From positions 64,920-128,919 of the forward strand of contig JAJVII010000008.1 of assembly GCA_022072085.1 (NCBI GenBank): a stretch of 64,000 bases of DNA, read 5' to 3'. The DNA is from Phycisphaerae bacterium (lineage in GTDB: Bacteria; Planctomycetota; Phycisphaerae; JAJVII01). The notes beneath the pieces were generated by a model. The model saw nothing but the letters and a program-made list of their open reading frames with translations, was not told the origin of the DNA and ran no database searches. A program made the translations under genes and the position numbers. This document shows positions 48,801 through 56,181 of this stretch, in pieces. Numbering within the stretch: position 1 is the stretch's first letter; every line of letters begins with the position of its first letter.

Positions 48801-49039
48801 ACGACCGCCGGCAGATCGCCGGACGGCGCGTCGCCCACGTGGACGTCGGTCGCCCGGCCGGTCCCCTGCCCCGGACAGCCCGGCAGGCAGACGAGCATGG
48901 CCGCCCCGGCCGCCAGGGCCAGGATCAGCACGCCGACGCGGCGGCTGCATATGCAGAGGCTGTATCGTCGCGGGTTCAAGCTGCGGCCACTCTCCAAAGA
49001 AGGCTCGGGCGGTGTCCGCCAACCGGGGCGGGTGAACAT
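45818..49039 (-). CDS. Large secreted hypothetical protein (~1073 aa); possible glycan-active/carbohydrate-binding protein
   Basis: Start at ATG 49039 (MFTRPGW...RRVGVLILALAAGAAMLVCLPGCPG, signal peptide). C-terminal region shows weak resemblance to CBM9/DOMON-like carbohydrate-binding folds (AGFLFYPG..., WFMAGDDDENLYLLIVCLGQ); domain identity is tentative. Confidence 0.5.
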   Translation of the reverse strand: MFTRPGWRTPPEPSLESGRSLNPRRYSLCICSRRVGVLILALAAGAAMLVCLPGCPGQGTGRATDVHVGDAPSGDLPAVVVPRPAAGDGNPRIGPSGVLQPGEPGHLPPPPIVPLFDEEHGRLQLTGLRGEVLGFHIDFPPRQVAGLRLRMGDLMQGQPVALGPQPPTISHTAVTIYRILPVRVNDLPGWYQLYGDPTRDTDANRAFGDFHDALLPIDHPRYGQPWTLPAGEQLRLWLDVAVPRDAKPGVYTGRLLIESEQGPQEWIDVSMTVMPLTMPDSPGLSLLAPIDLKRMLASELGGGELTDSQLFDDPHIAPLARKRLAQWVDLGRSNGVHFLVSDVNPIFKRDLAGKVVVDWTGYDRLVGPSLEGDGAPPHAIAPFRLDYPAANLYGGIESDAYANVADQYLRAVGTHFADRKWPQPLVWIHRDRPPQSTLPYGAGDWRDWLTPQRKTEALTVGRITRLTELDIGYLEPLPWAMEPPSRPRRPGEGPVPVHATVYCPPAQFLDPTVIPDLTAHQGEAWLGDGVPPWRPSTELFTPPEQLEVLGYMARRYGLGTAWLGPTQHWPDASPWQKPLSADDAGFLFYPGQWFDQDLPIQSLRLKRLRQAEQDCAYLTLLADHGRAALADIIARAMVKYALAQAASTTPGLGGAVGWMRTPTAFANARTILRQELMLAARHEPLEPEKAREARIVWAQFRQETAWIQMGLLPGQLAEEYDQFGGLTNHVKAVFRLATYSDMPRLVSPSGAGEAVADLPPPKVLFDTLPKTWAATRFNVPVTERPPGPGEPLVLMAQGSDMDIDGNGRIQMPTKVVAEGNRDLAELPTNVPLLPAHRFARPPKIDGLLNDWPVTSSFRGGAFHRLTPAQPLGQVYGTPRKPADTWFMAGDDDENLYLLIVCLGQTPDDIRVRWSNHVRLDDGLIVGEDAVEVLLDPTCGRLGRDDLLRLAVKANGTTIGYRGLTGPGGAGAPRRWGQDVRTEINFNRRGDWVIEMAVPRKSLAEVGAVSEHMWRLNVVRHVGIRGEHSAWASASPQVYEPESLGNLLLRPPKLPEVEIKVMPPAFDLTAPANP

Positions 49040-49326
49040 TTTATATTCCCCCACCCGCCCATTTCTGGCAAGCCCAATCGCGCCGCGGCGGAGGGGAGGA
49101 ACACGGATTGCACCGGGGGGCACGGATTTCACAGATCCAGCGAATGCTCGAAGAGTCCTTCCGCCGCCCACCTATCCTCTCCGTGAAATCGCCTCTCGCA
49201 TCCGTGCTATCCGTGTTCCCGCATGAGACGGGGGGCGCGTCGAACGCGCCGGCGGGTTGTCGCGCCGGCGGCGGGGCCTATAATGCAGCCGACGCGGACG
49301 GGGACGTCACCGACACGAGGGATCAC

Positions 49327-50196
49327 ATGACGGCACAGATCATCGACGGCAAACAGATCGCGGAACGGATGCGGCAGCAGATCGCCGAGCGGGTGAAGGG
49401 GCTGGCACGGCCGCCGCTGCTGGCGGCAGTCATCGCGACCGACGACGCCGGGGCCGTCATGTACGCCCAGAGCCAGCAGAAGAAATGCGAGCAACTCGGC
49501 ATCGGCTACCGCCTGGTAACGCTGCCCGGCTCGGCGACGCAGGCGCAGCTTCAGGCCGCCATCGAGGAACTGAACGCCGACGACGCGGTCGACGGCATCA
49601 TCATCCAGCAACCGCTGCCCAAGGGCATCGACGAGGTGGCGGCGGCGTCCGCGGTCCGGCCGGACAAGGACGTCGAAGGGGTCTCGCCCACGAGCCTGGG
49701 CCTGCTGGCCTACAACCAGCCGAGGCTGATCCCCTGCACCGCCCTGGCGGCATGGGAGGCTATCTGCGCCGCAGGGGTCGCGGTCGCGGGCGCCGAGGCG
49801 GTCATCATCGGGCGCAGCCGAATCGTCGGGCGGCCGCTCTCGCTGATCCTGGTCAACCACCACGCGACGGTGACGGTCTGCCACACGCGGACGCGCGACC
49901 TGGCGGCCACCGCCAGGCGGGCCGACATCCTGGTCGTGGCCGCGGGCCGGCCAGGCCTGGTCACCGGCGACTTCGTCAAGCCCGGCGCGACGGTCATCGA
50001 CGTGGGCACCAACCGCGTGAGCGTCACCGACGCGTCCGGCAAGCAGATGAGCAAGACGGTGGGCGACGTCGACTTCGTCTCAGCCGCCGAGGTCGCCGGT
50101 CGCATCACGCCCGTGCCCGGCGGCGTCGGGCCGATCACCGTGACGCTGCTGCTGCGGAATACCCTGGAGGCAGCCGAGGCCCACTTGGCGCGGTAG
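49327..50196 (+). CDS. folD: Bifunctional methylenetetrahydrofolate dehydrogenase (NADP+)/methenyltetrahydrofolate cyclohydrolase
   Basis: MTAQIIDGKQIAE..., AVIGRSRIVGRPLSLIL, TVCHTRTRDL, GAVVIDVG-like GATVIDVGTNRV. GAGGGA RBS. Confidence 0.95.
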   Translation: MTAQIIDGKQIAERMRQQIAERVKGLARPPLLAAVIATDDAGAVMYAQSQQKKCEQLGIGYRLVTLPGSATQAQLQAAIEELNADDAVDGIIIQQPLPKGIDEVAAASAVRPDKDVEGVSPTSLGLLAYNQPRLIPCTALAAWEAICAAGVAVAGAEAVIIGRSRIVGRPLSLILVNHHATVTVCHTRTRDLAATARRADILVVAAGRPGLVTGDFVKPGATVIDVGTNRVSVTDASGKQMSKTVGDVDFVSAAEVAGRITPVPGGVGPITVTLLLRNTLEAAEAHLAR

Positions 50197-50227
50197 CCGC
50201 GCCCGCGCGGAAGGAAGCGGAAGAGCC

Positions 50228-50875
50228 ATGACCGCGATTCTGCTGGCCTGGGTGCGCGGCGTCGGGCTGGGGCTCGCCATCGCCGCCCCGCTGGGCCCGA
50301 TCAACGTCGAGATCATCCGCCGCCACCTCGGATCGGGACTGGCTGCCGGGCTGCTGCTGGGCCTGGGGGCCTGCTCCGTGGACACCTTCTACATCATCGC
50401 CATCAGCCTGGGCCTGGTGACCCTCCAGCCGAGCCCAGCCGTGCAGGGCTGGATGCTCGCCGCCAGCGGAGCGATCCTGCTGACGCTGGCCGGGCTCATT
50501 CTGACATCCAGCGTCCGCAGCGCCCGCCGGGCCGCCGACGCCCAGGCCGGCAGCGCCGCGCCGGTCCGTCCGCTGCGTCACTACCTGGTCGGGTTGGCGA
50601 TGACCGCCTCCAGCCCGATGAACCTGATCTTCTGGATCGGCGTGGTCGCGAGCGGCCAGTATGTCTCGCACGCGGTCCGCAGCCCCTGGCCGGTGGTCGC
50701 GGGGGTCATGTGCGGCACGGTCGGCTGGGTGGTGGGGCTGAACGGCGTCCTGATCGCCGGCCGACGCCTGCTTCGGCCCGGCGTGCTGATGGCGGTCAAC
50801 TGGCTGGGGGCGGGACTGCTGATCTTCTACGCCGGCTGGGCGCTGTGGCGATTCGCAACCATTATCATTTTCTGA
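50228..50875 (+). CDS. LysE/RhtB-family amino-acid exporter
   Basis: Six predicted TM segments. N-terminal LGLAIAAPLGPINVEIIRRHLG-type LysE signature. Confidence 0.8.
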   Translation: MTAILLAWVRGVGLGLAIAAPLGPINVEIIRRHLGSGLAAGLLLGLGACSVDTFYIIAISLGLVTLQPSPAVQGWMLAASGAILLTLAGLILTSSVRSARRAADAQAGSAAPVRPLRHYLVGLAMTASSPMNLIFWIGVVASGQYVSHAVRSPWPVVAGVMCGTVGWVVGLNGVLIAGRRLLRPGVLMAVNWLGAGLLIFYAGWALWRFATIIIF

Positions 50876-50943
50876 TAATTGACGGTCTGAAACTATTGCT
50901 TATAATCGCCTCTATTGCGGCGGAGGCACCATCTATGCGCATC

Positions 50944-52620
50944 AGGCACCTGACACTTCGAGGCTCGTTACTGGCCGCCCTGCTTCTGGCCGGCTGCCAG
51001 ACGGCCGCGCCCTATAACATCGACAGCCACACCATCGACATCTACCGCGCCCGGGCACAGCAGCAGAGGGCGTCGGCCGGGCAGATCGCCGAGGCGCCCA
51101 GGGAACTGGCCCGCCCCGAGCCGACCACGCAGCCCGATGCCGTTGCGATGACCGACGCGATGGCCCCGCGCCAGAGCGCCCACGCGCCGGTCAAGCTGAC
51201 ACTGCGCGAGGCCCTGCTGCGCGGGCTGCACAACAGCTACGACATCAAGGTCGAGGGGTTCAACCCGGCCATCACGTCAGCCGACCTGGTCACCGCCGAG
51301 GCGGCATTTGACGCCGTCGTGTTCCTCAACGCCCAGTATTCCCGGCTGGATGTGCCGACCAACAGCACCTTCTTCGGCGGCGGGCAGTCGGAGAACGAAC
51401 ACTTCGAGGGCGGAGTCCGCAAGAAGCTGGCCACCGGCGGCACGATCGAAGCCAAGTACGTCACCGACCGGCTCTGGAGCAACCAGCCGTTCCAGATGTT
51501 CAACGGACGCTACGACCAGGATCTGACGGTGAGCCTCACCCAGCCGCTGCTCCGCAACGCCGGACTGGACGTGAACCGGGCCCAGATCTATGCCGCCCGC
51601 AACAGCCGCGACATGAGCCTGTTCGCCTTCCGCCGCCAGGTCATCCAGACACTGTCGGACATCGAGCAGGCGTTCTGGAACCTGTATTTCGCGCGGCAGT
51701 CGCTGGCGATCCAGCGGGCCCTGCTGGCCCAGACCGAGGACACGCTCAAGAACGTCGAGGCGCGGCTTCAGTTCGACACGCTCCAGGTCAACGTCAGCCA
51801 GTCCAAGTCGGCCGTCGCCAGCCGACGAGCCGACGTCATCCGCCGCGCCGCCGACGTCAAGGACGCCGAGGACAAGCTCAAGAACCTGCTGAACGACCCG
51901 GACCTGCCGCAGGACCAGGACATCCCGATCATCCCGGCGGATGAGCCGCTGACCCAGCGCGTCGAGCTGTCGCCCGAGCGCGAGCTGTGGACGGGCATGG
52001 AAAACCGCAGCGAGTTGCAGGAAGCCAAGCTCAACATCTCCAACGCCGCGATCAGCCAGGGCGTCGCCCGCAACCAGCTTCTGCCGCAGCTCGACCTGTT
52101 CATGCAGTTCAACACCAACGGGCTGAAGGGAAGCTGGAGCAGCGCCAACAGCCAGCTCTGGGGCGGCGACTACCTCGACTACGTCGTCGGGCTCAGCTTC
52201 GAGTTCCCCCTGGGCAACCGGGCCGCCAAGGCCCAGGAGCGCAAGGCCCGGCTCCAGCTCGACCAGGCGGTCACCTCGTATCACAACCTCGCCGCCGACA
52301 TCCTGACCGAAATCCAGGTCAACCTCCGCGACGTGCGGACCAGCTACGACGAGATCCTGGCCAACCGCGAAGCCGTCGAGGCCGCACGCGAGAACCTGAC
52401 CACCCTGGTCGAGCGCCGCGAGAAACTGAGCCCGGAGTACCTCAACGTCCAGCTCACGGCCCAGGAGACGTTGGCCAACGCCCGCCGGGCCCTTCAGTCG
52501 GCGATCGTCAACTACAACAACGCGATCATCCGGCTGGAGCAGGCCAAGGGCACGCTGCTGCGGTTCGACAAGATCGACCTGCACGCCGGCCAACCCGTGC
52601 CCCCCCAGCCGCAGCCCTGA
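50944..52620 (+). CDS. TolC-family outer membrane efflux protein (lipoprotein signal)
   Basis: MRIRHLTLRGSLLAALLLAGC signal peptide with GGAGG RBS. Two OMF repeat halves (LTLREALLRGLHNSYDIKVEGFNPAITSADLVTAEAAFDAVVFL, SELQEAKLNISNAAISQGVARNQLLPQLDLFMQFNTNG). Confidence 0.85.
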   Translation, partial: RHLTLRGSLLAALLLAGCQTAAPYNIDSHTIDIYRARAQQQRASAGQIAEAPRELARPEPTTQPDAVAMTDAMAPRQSAHAPVKLTLREALLRGLHNSYDIKVEGFNPAITSADLVTAEAAFDAVVFLNAQYSRLDVPTNSTFFGGGQSENEHFEGGVRKKLATGGTIEAKYVTDRLWSNQPFQMFNGRYDQDLTVSLTQPLLRNAGLDVNRAQIYAARNSRDMSLFAFRRQVIQTLSDIEQAFWNLYFARQSLAIQRALLAQTEDTLKNVEARLQFDTLQVNVSQSKSAVASRRADVIRRAADVKDAEDKLKNLLNDPDLPQDQDIPIIPADEPLTQRVELSPERELWTGMENRSELQEAKLNISNAAISQGVARNQLLPQLDLFMQFNTNGLKGSWSSANSQLWGGDYLDYVVGLSFEFPLGNRAAKAQERKARLQLDQAVTSYHNLAADILTEIQVNLRDVRTSYDEILANREAVEAARENLTTLVERREKLSPEYLNVQLTAQETLANARRALQSAIVNYNNAIIRLEQAKGTLLRFDKIDLHAGQPVPPQPQP

Positions 52621-52644
52621 CCGTCCGCCGCCAGGGGAGCCGCC

Positions 52645-54078
52645 ATGCACGACGCCCCCGCTCCGCCCTCGCCGCCGGATGTACTGGCCGAACCTGGGCC
52701 GACGGAGCCGGCTGCCGGCGGGCTCCGGCGGTTCGTCCGCGCTGCCGCGCTGGTCGTCGTCGCAGCGGCAGCTGCATGGTCCTCACTTGAATGGCCGGCG
52801 CCAGGGACGCTGAATTTCACCTTCTACGCGCTGGTCCTCGCCGCCGCGTGGGTCGTCGCACTGTCGCGTAAGGGACGCCGCCTCGGGCGTGCCGCGGCCT
52901 TGCTGGCCCTGATGGGCGCGGGGGCGGGCCTGACCGCGGTGATATATCACCTCCGCCGCGGCGAACTCCGCGGCGACACGTCACTCCAGAATCTGCACCT
53001 GGTCGCGTGGGGCACGCTGACGGTGCAGGCAGTCGAACTGGCTGGCGTGCTTTGCCTCATCGCCGGCCTGGACATTGTCGTCGCCTCTCTCACGCGGCGG
53101 ATGCTCCGCCCGCGAACGCCGAATGCGAAGCTGCCCGCCCGCGAGCACGGTTGGCGCCGGGCGGCCGTCGGCGCGATCCGCCTGCTCGTCTTCTGGCTGG
53201 TCGGCATCCCCTGGCTGTTCGTCTTTCTTCAGACCCACCCGCCCAAGGTCGCCTACGACGAGCGGCCCGACGTCCCCTATCGCGAACTGGCCGACCTGCC
53301 CGGCGATCCCGGCATGCCCGGTTGGGTCATCCCAACGGACGGCCCCGCCGACACGGTCGTGCTGATATGCCACGGCCTGGGCGCCGACGAAGCCAACTTC
53401 CTGCCCTGGGCGGACCTGATGCACGGGCTGCACTGCCACGTCGTGATCTTCGACTTGCCGGGTCACGGCCGTGCCGCCGGCGATCGCACGACGCTGGGCT
53501 GGGATGAATCGCGGGCGATCCTCCGGACCGCCCGCTGGGTCCGCAGCCACCCGGAGCAGTTCCCGGGCAACTCGTCGCGGCTGATCGGATTCGGCGCAAG
53601 CATGGGCGGGACTTCCCTGTTGCTGGCAGCCGAGAGCGAGCCGCATTTGTTTGACGGGCTGATTGTCGATTCCTCCTACGCGACGCTGGACGAGATGGCC
53701 CGCGAAAGAATCGACATGCTGCCGGCCGTCGTCCGCTGGCCGATGCAGGAGATCGGCCCGCTGTGGTTCCTCTGGGAGACGGGCGTCCGCATCAGCCGCG
53801 TCGACGTCCTGCGCGACATCCACCGGCTGGACGGCGTGCCCAAGCTCTTCATCCACTGCCGCGACGACCAGATCGTGCCTTTCCCGCTGGGCGAGCAGAT
53901 CTACGACGCCGCCGGAGGACCGAAGGCGTTCAAGGCGTTCGACACCGGCAATCACCTCGGAGGCCTGACCCGCCACGGCCGTGAATATCGGGATATGATT
54001 GAACACTTCCTCTCTCGCGGCCGGACTGCAAGCCAGCCGGCAGCGAAAGACGCTCCGCGCAGCAGGGAGCCTCAGTGA
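52645..54078 (+). CDS. Membrane-anchored alpha/beta-hydrolase (N-terminal multi-TM domain + serine hydrolase domain), copy A
   Basis: Four to five N-terminal TM helices, then an alpha/beta-hydrolase domain with nucleophile elbow GFGASMGG and HGxxxxxxFD-like LICHGLGADEANFLPW...VVIFDLPGHGRA. Stop overlaps the GTG start of copy B (GTGA). Confidence 0.75.
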   Translation: MHDAPAPPSPPDVLAEPGPTEPAAGGLRRFVRAAALVVVAAAAAWSSLEWPAPGTLNFTFYALVLAAAWVVALSRKGRRLGRAAALLALMGAGAGLTAVIYHLRRGELRGDTSLQNLHLVAWGTLTVQAVELAGVLCLIAGLDIVVASLTRRMLRPRTPNAKLPAREHGWRRAAVGAIRLLVFWLVGIPWLFVFLQTHPPKVAYDERPDVPYRELADLPGDPGMPGWVIPTDGPADTVVLICHGLGADEANFLPWADLMHGLHCHVVIFDLPGHGRAAGDRTTLGWDESRAILRTARWVRSHPEQFPGNSSRLIGFGASMGGTSLLLAAESEPHLFDGLIVDSSYATLDEMARERIDMLPAVVRWPMQEIGPLWFLWETGVRISRVDVLRDIHRLDGVPKLFIHCRDDQIVPFPLGEQIYDAAGGPKAFKAFDTGNHLGGLTRHGREYRDMIEHFLSRGRTASQPAAKDAPRSREPQ

Positions 54079-55517
54079 GCGATCAGAAGCACGCCGACGC
54101 CATCGCCGCCCGCCCGGCCGTTCTGGCCCTCCGCCGGCGCCTGTTCACGGTCTGGTTGGCCTGGCTGGCGCTCTCGCTGGGCGCGGGGGGATATCTGTGG
54201 ATCATGTTCGAGACGCTGCCGGTCTACCTCCTGTTCATGGCCCTCTTCGCAACCAGGGCGTGGCGGGCAAAGGGGGCGGATCGCCGATCGCGATTCCGGC
54301 GGCTGGCGTTCTGCCTGCTGCTGGCGGCGGCGATGACCTCGTTCAACTACGTCACGCGCGTGGCCACGCGGCACCTCGACGTCGCACCCGCGACACTGGG
54401 CACGATCCAGTGGTCGGCGATGCTCGCACAATGGCTGGTGCTGAGCGGCATCCTGCTGGCCGTCACGTCGTTGGATGCGATGGCCGCCCGCCTGATGCGC
54501 CGATGGATGCATGTGACCCCGCGCCGCCCAGAGGCAACGGCCGGTGACTCGGCCGACCGCGGCACGCCTTGGTATCACTGGCGGCGGGCGCCCGTCGGGC
54601 TGGTGCGAACGCTCCTGTTTGTCTTCATCGCGATGCCCTGGTTCGTCATCTACATCCAGGTCTATCCGCCCCGGATCGGCTACACGGCCGAGCCCACGTT
54701 CGCGCCCTACGAGTCCTTTGAAGCCGGGGGCTCGCCCGGCTGGCTGATTCCCGCCGCCAGGCCCAGCGACACCGTCGTGCTGATCTGCCACGGGCTGGCC
54801 GGCGACCAGGCGACCGTGCTGGACTACGCGCAGATGTTCCACGACATGGGCTGCCACGTGGTGACGTTCGACATGCCCGGCCACGGCCGCGGGCCCGGCT
54901 TCCGCGTAACCTACGGCTGGGACGAGTCGGACCTCGTGGAGACTTTCGCCTCCAGGATTCGCCGGCGCGCCGACAAACTGCCCGGCCGTCCGCGGCGCCT
55001 GATCGCCTTCGGCGGCAGCATGGGCGGAACGTCCCTGCTGCTGGCAGCCGAGCGGAGACCCGAACTGTTCGACGGGCTGATCCTCGACTCGGCCTACCCC
55101 TCGCTGGGTGCGATGGCCAACTCGCAGCTCTCGGTCATGCCCGAGGCGATCGCCTGTCCGTTGCGGCAGGCCGGGCGGCTGTTCGCCCTCTGGGAGAGCC
55201 GCGTGCGGATCTCGATGGTGGACGTGCGGCCGAGGATGCAGGCGATCGACAACATCCCCAAGCTGTTCATCCACTGCCGACAGGACCCGCTGGTCGCGCC
55301 GAGACTGGCGGATGAGCTGTTCACCGACGCCGGCGGCGACAAGCGATTCGTGCAGTGCGACTGCACCGAACATCAGGGGGCGGTCTACATGGACTACAGC
55401 CGCTATCGCGACACGATCCGGGCGTTCATTTTCCGCGTCGCGCCCGCGACGACCCAGCCGACCGACACGATGCCTGACGGCGCCGATCAGTTTGATGCGT
55501 CAATGGAAGGCGACTGA
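54075..55517 (+). CDS. Membrane-anchored alpha/beta-hydrolase, tandem paralog copy B (GTG start)
   Basis: Same architecture and near-identical motifs to copy A (LICHGLAGDQATVLDY, VVTFDMPGHGRGPG, AFGGSMGGTSLLLAAE, LFIHCRQDPLV). Confidence 0.75.
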   Translation: MSDQKHADAIAARPAVLALRRRLFTVWLAWLALSLGAGGYLWIMFETLPVYLLFMALFATRAWRAKGADRRSRFRRLAFCLLLAAAMTSFNYVTRVATRHLDVAPATLGTIQWSAMLAQWLVLSGILLAVTSLDAMAARLMRRWMHVTPRRPEATAGDSADRGTPWYHWRRAPVGLVRTLLFVFIAMPWFVIYIQVYPPRIGYTAEPTFAPYESFEAGGSPGWLIPAARPSDTVVLICHGLAGDQATVLDYAQMFHDMGCHVVTFDMPGHGRGPGFRVTYGWDESDLVETFASRIRRRADKLPGRPRRLIAFGGSMGGTSLLLAAERRPELFDGLILDSAYPSLGAMANSQLSVMPEAIACPLRQAGRLFALWESRVRISMVDVRPRMQAIDNIPKLFIHCRQDPLVAPRLADELFTDAGGDKRFVQCDCTEHQGAVYMDYSRYRDTIRAFIFRVAPATTQPTDTMPDGADQFDASMEGD

Positions 55518-55531
55518 ACGGGAATCTCCCG

Positions 55532-55966
55532 TCAGTGCAGCAGCCAGAGGATGGCCGCCAGGTCCAGCAGCAGCGCCGCCGCGATGGCCGCCAGCCAGTG
55601 AGAAGAGACGTGAGACGCCCAATCGACGGACGGCTCCTCAGCCGCCGACCCGGCCGACGTCGATGCACGGGCGACGCGATAGCGAGCTCGCTCGATCAGT
55701 AGGTTGGCCTCGAACGGTGAGATGCCGATCCGGGCAGCCAGGTCCAGCAGCCGCATGCGGCTGGAGTAGCGCAGCACGTCGCCGCCGGACTCGAACTGGC
55801 TGGCGATCGCGGACATGTAGATGTCTTCGAGGTCGGCCCGGCCGATCGTCGGCCGATCGCGACCGGGGCCGCTCTGCGGGCGCGCGATCCGGGCGGCGGG
55901 GCCTTCGCCCGCAACCGAGCCCGGCGTGAGATCCGGGCGCGCAATGAAGTCCGTGCCGTCCGTCAT
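55532..55966 (-). CDS. Hypothetical protein with C-terminal TM anchor
   Basis: ATG 55966 with GGAGGG RBS. C-terminal hydrophobic helix WLAAIAAALLLDLAAILWLL. No recognisable domain. Confidence 0.4.
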   Translation of the reverse strand: MTDGTDFIARPDLTPGSVAGEGPAARIARPQSGPGRDRPTIGRADLEDIYMSAIASQFESGGDVLRYSSRMRLLDLAARIGISPFEANLLIERARYRVARASTSAGSAAEEPSVDWASHVSSHWLAAIAAALLLDLAAILWLLH

Positions 55967-56116
55967 GACCCTCCGCTGAAATCATAACCCCGATTGCACG
56001 CGAGGCCAGAACGATCACGGAATTGCCGCAGGAATGCTGGCGTCGGCTGCCGCCAGCAGCGGCGGATCCGGCAAAGCTTGCCCATGTTCATGGCGTAAGC
56101 CGAATCGCGACCGCGG

Positions 56117-56158
56117 CGCAAGAGAAAGCCCGGCAGCGTCCGATACGCCGCCGGGCTT
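56117..56158 (-). terminator. Rho-independent terminator downstream of the HEAT-repeat gene (minus strand)
   Basis: AAGCCCGGC...GCCGGGCTT hairpin followed on the minus strand by TTTCTCTT. Confidence 0.4.
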
Positions 56159-56181
56159 TGGTTGTCAGCATTGCGAGTCGA

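Noticed and set aside
49097-49113. Sigma-54-like element GGAACacggaTTGCA between the 45818..49039 gene and folD
   Set aside because: -24 box is GGAAC not GGCAC (mismatch at a conserved C), and a housekeeping folD is unlikely to be sigma-54 dependent. Kept only as a weak candidate.
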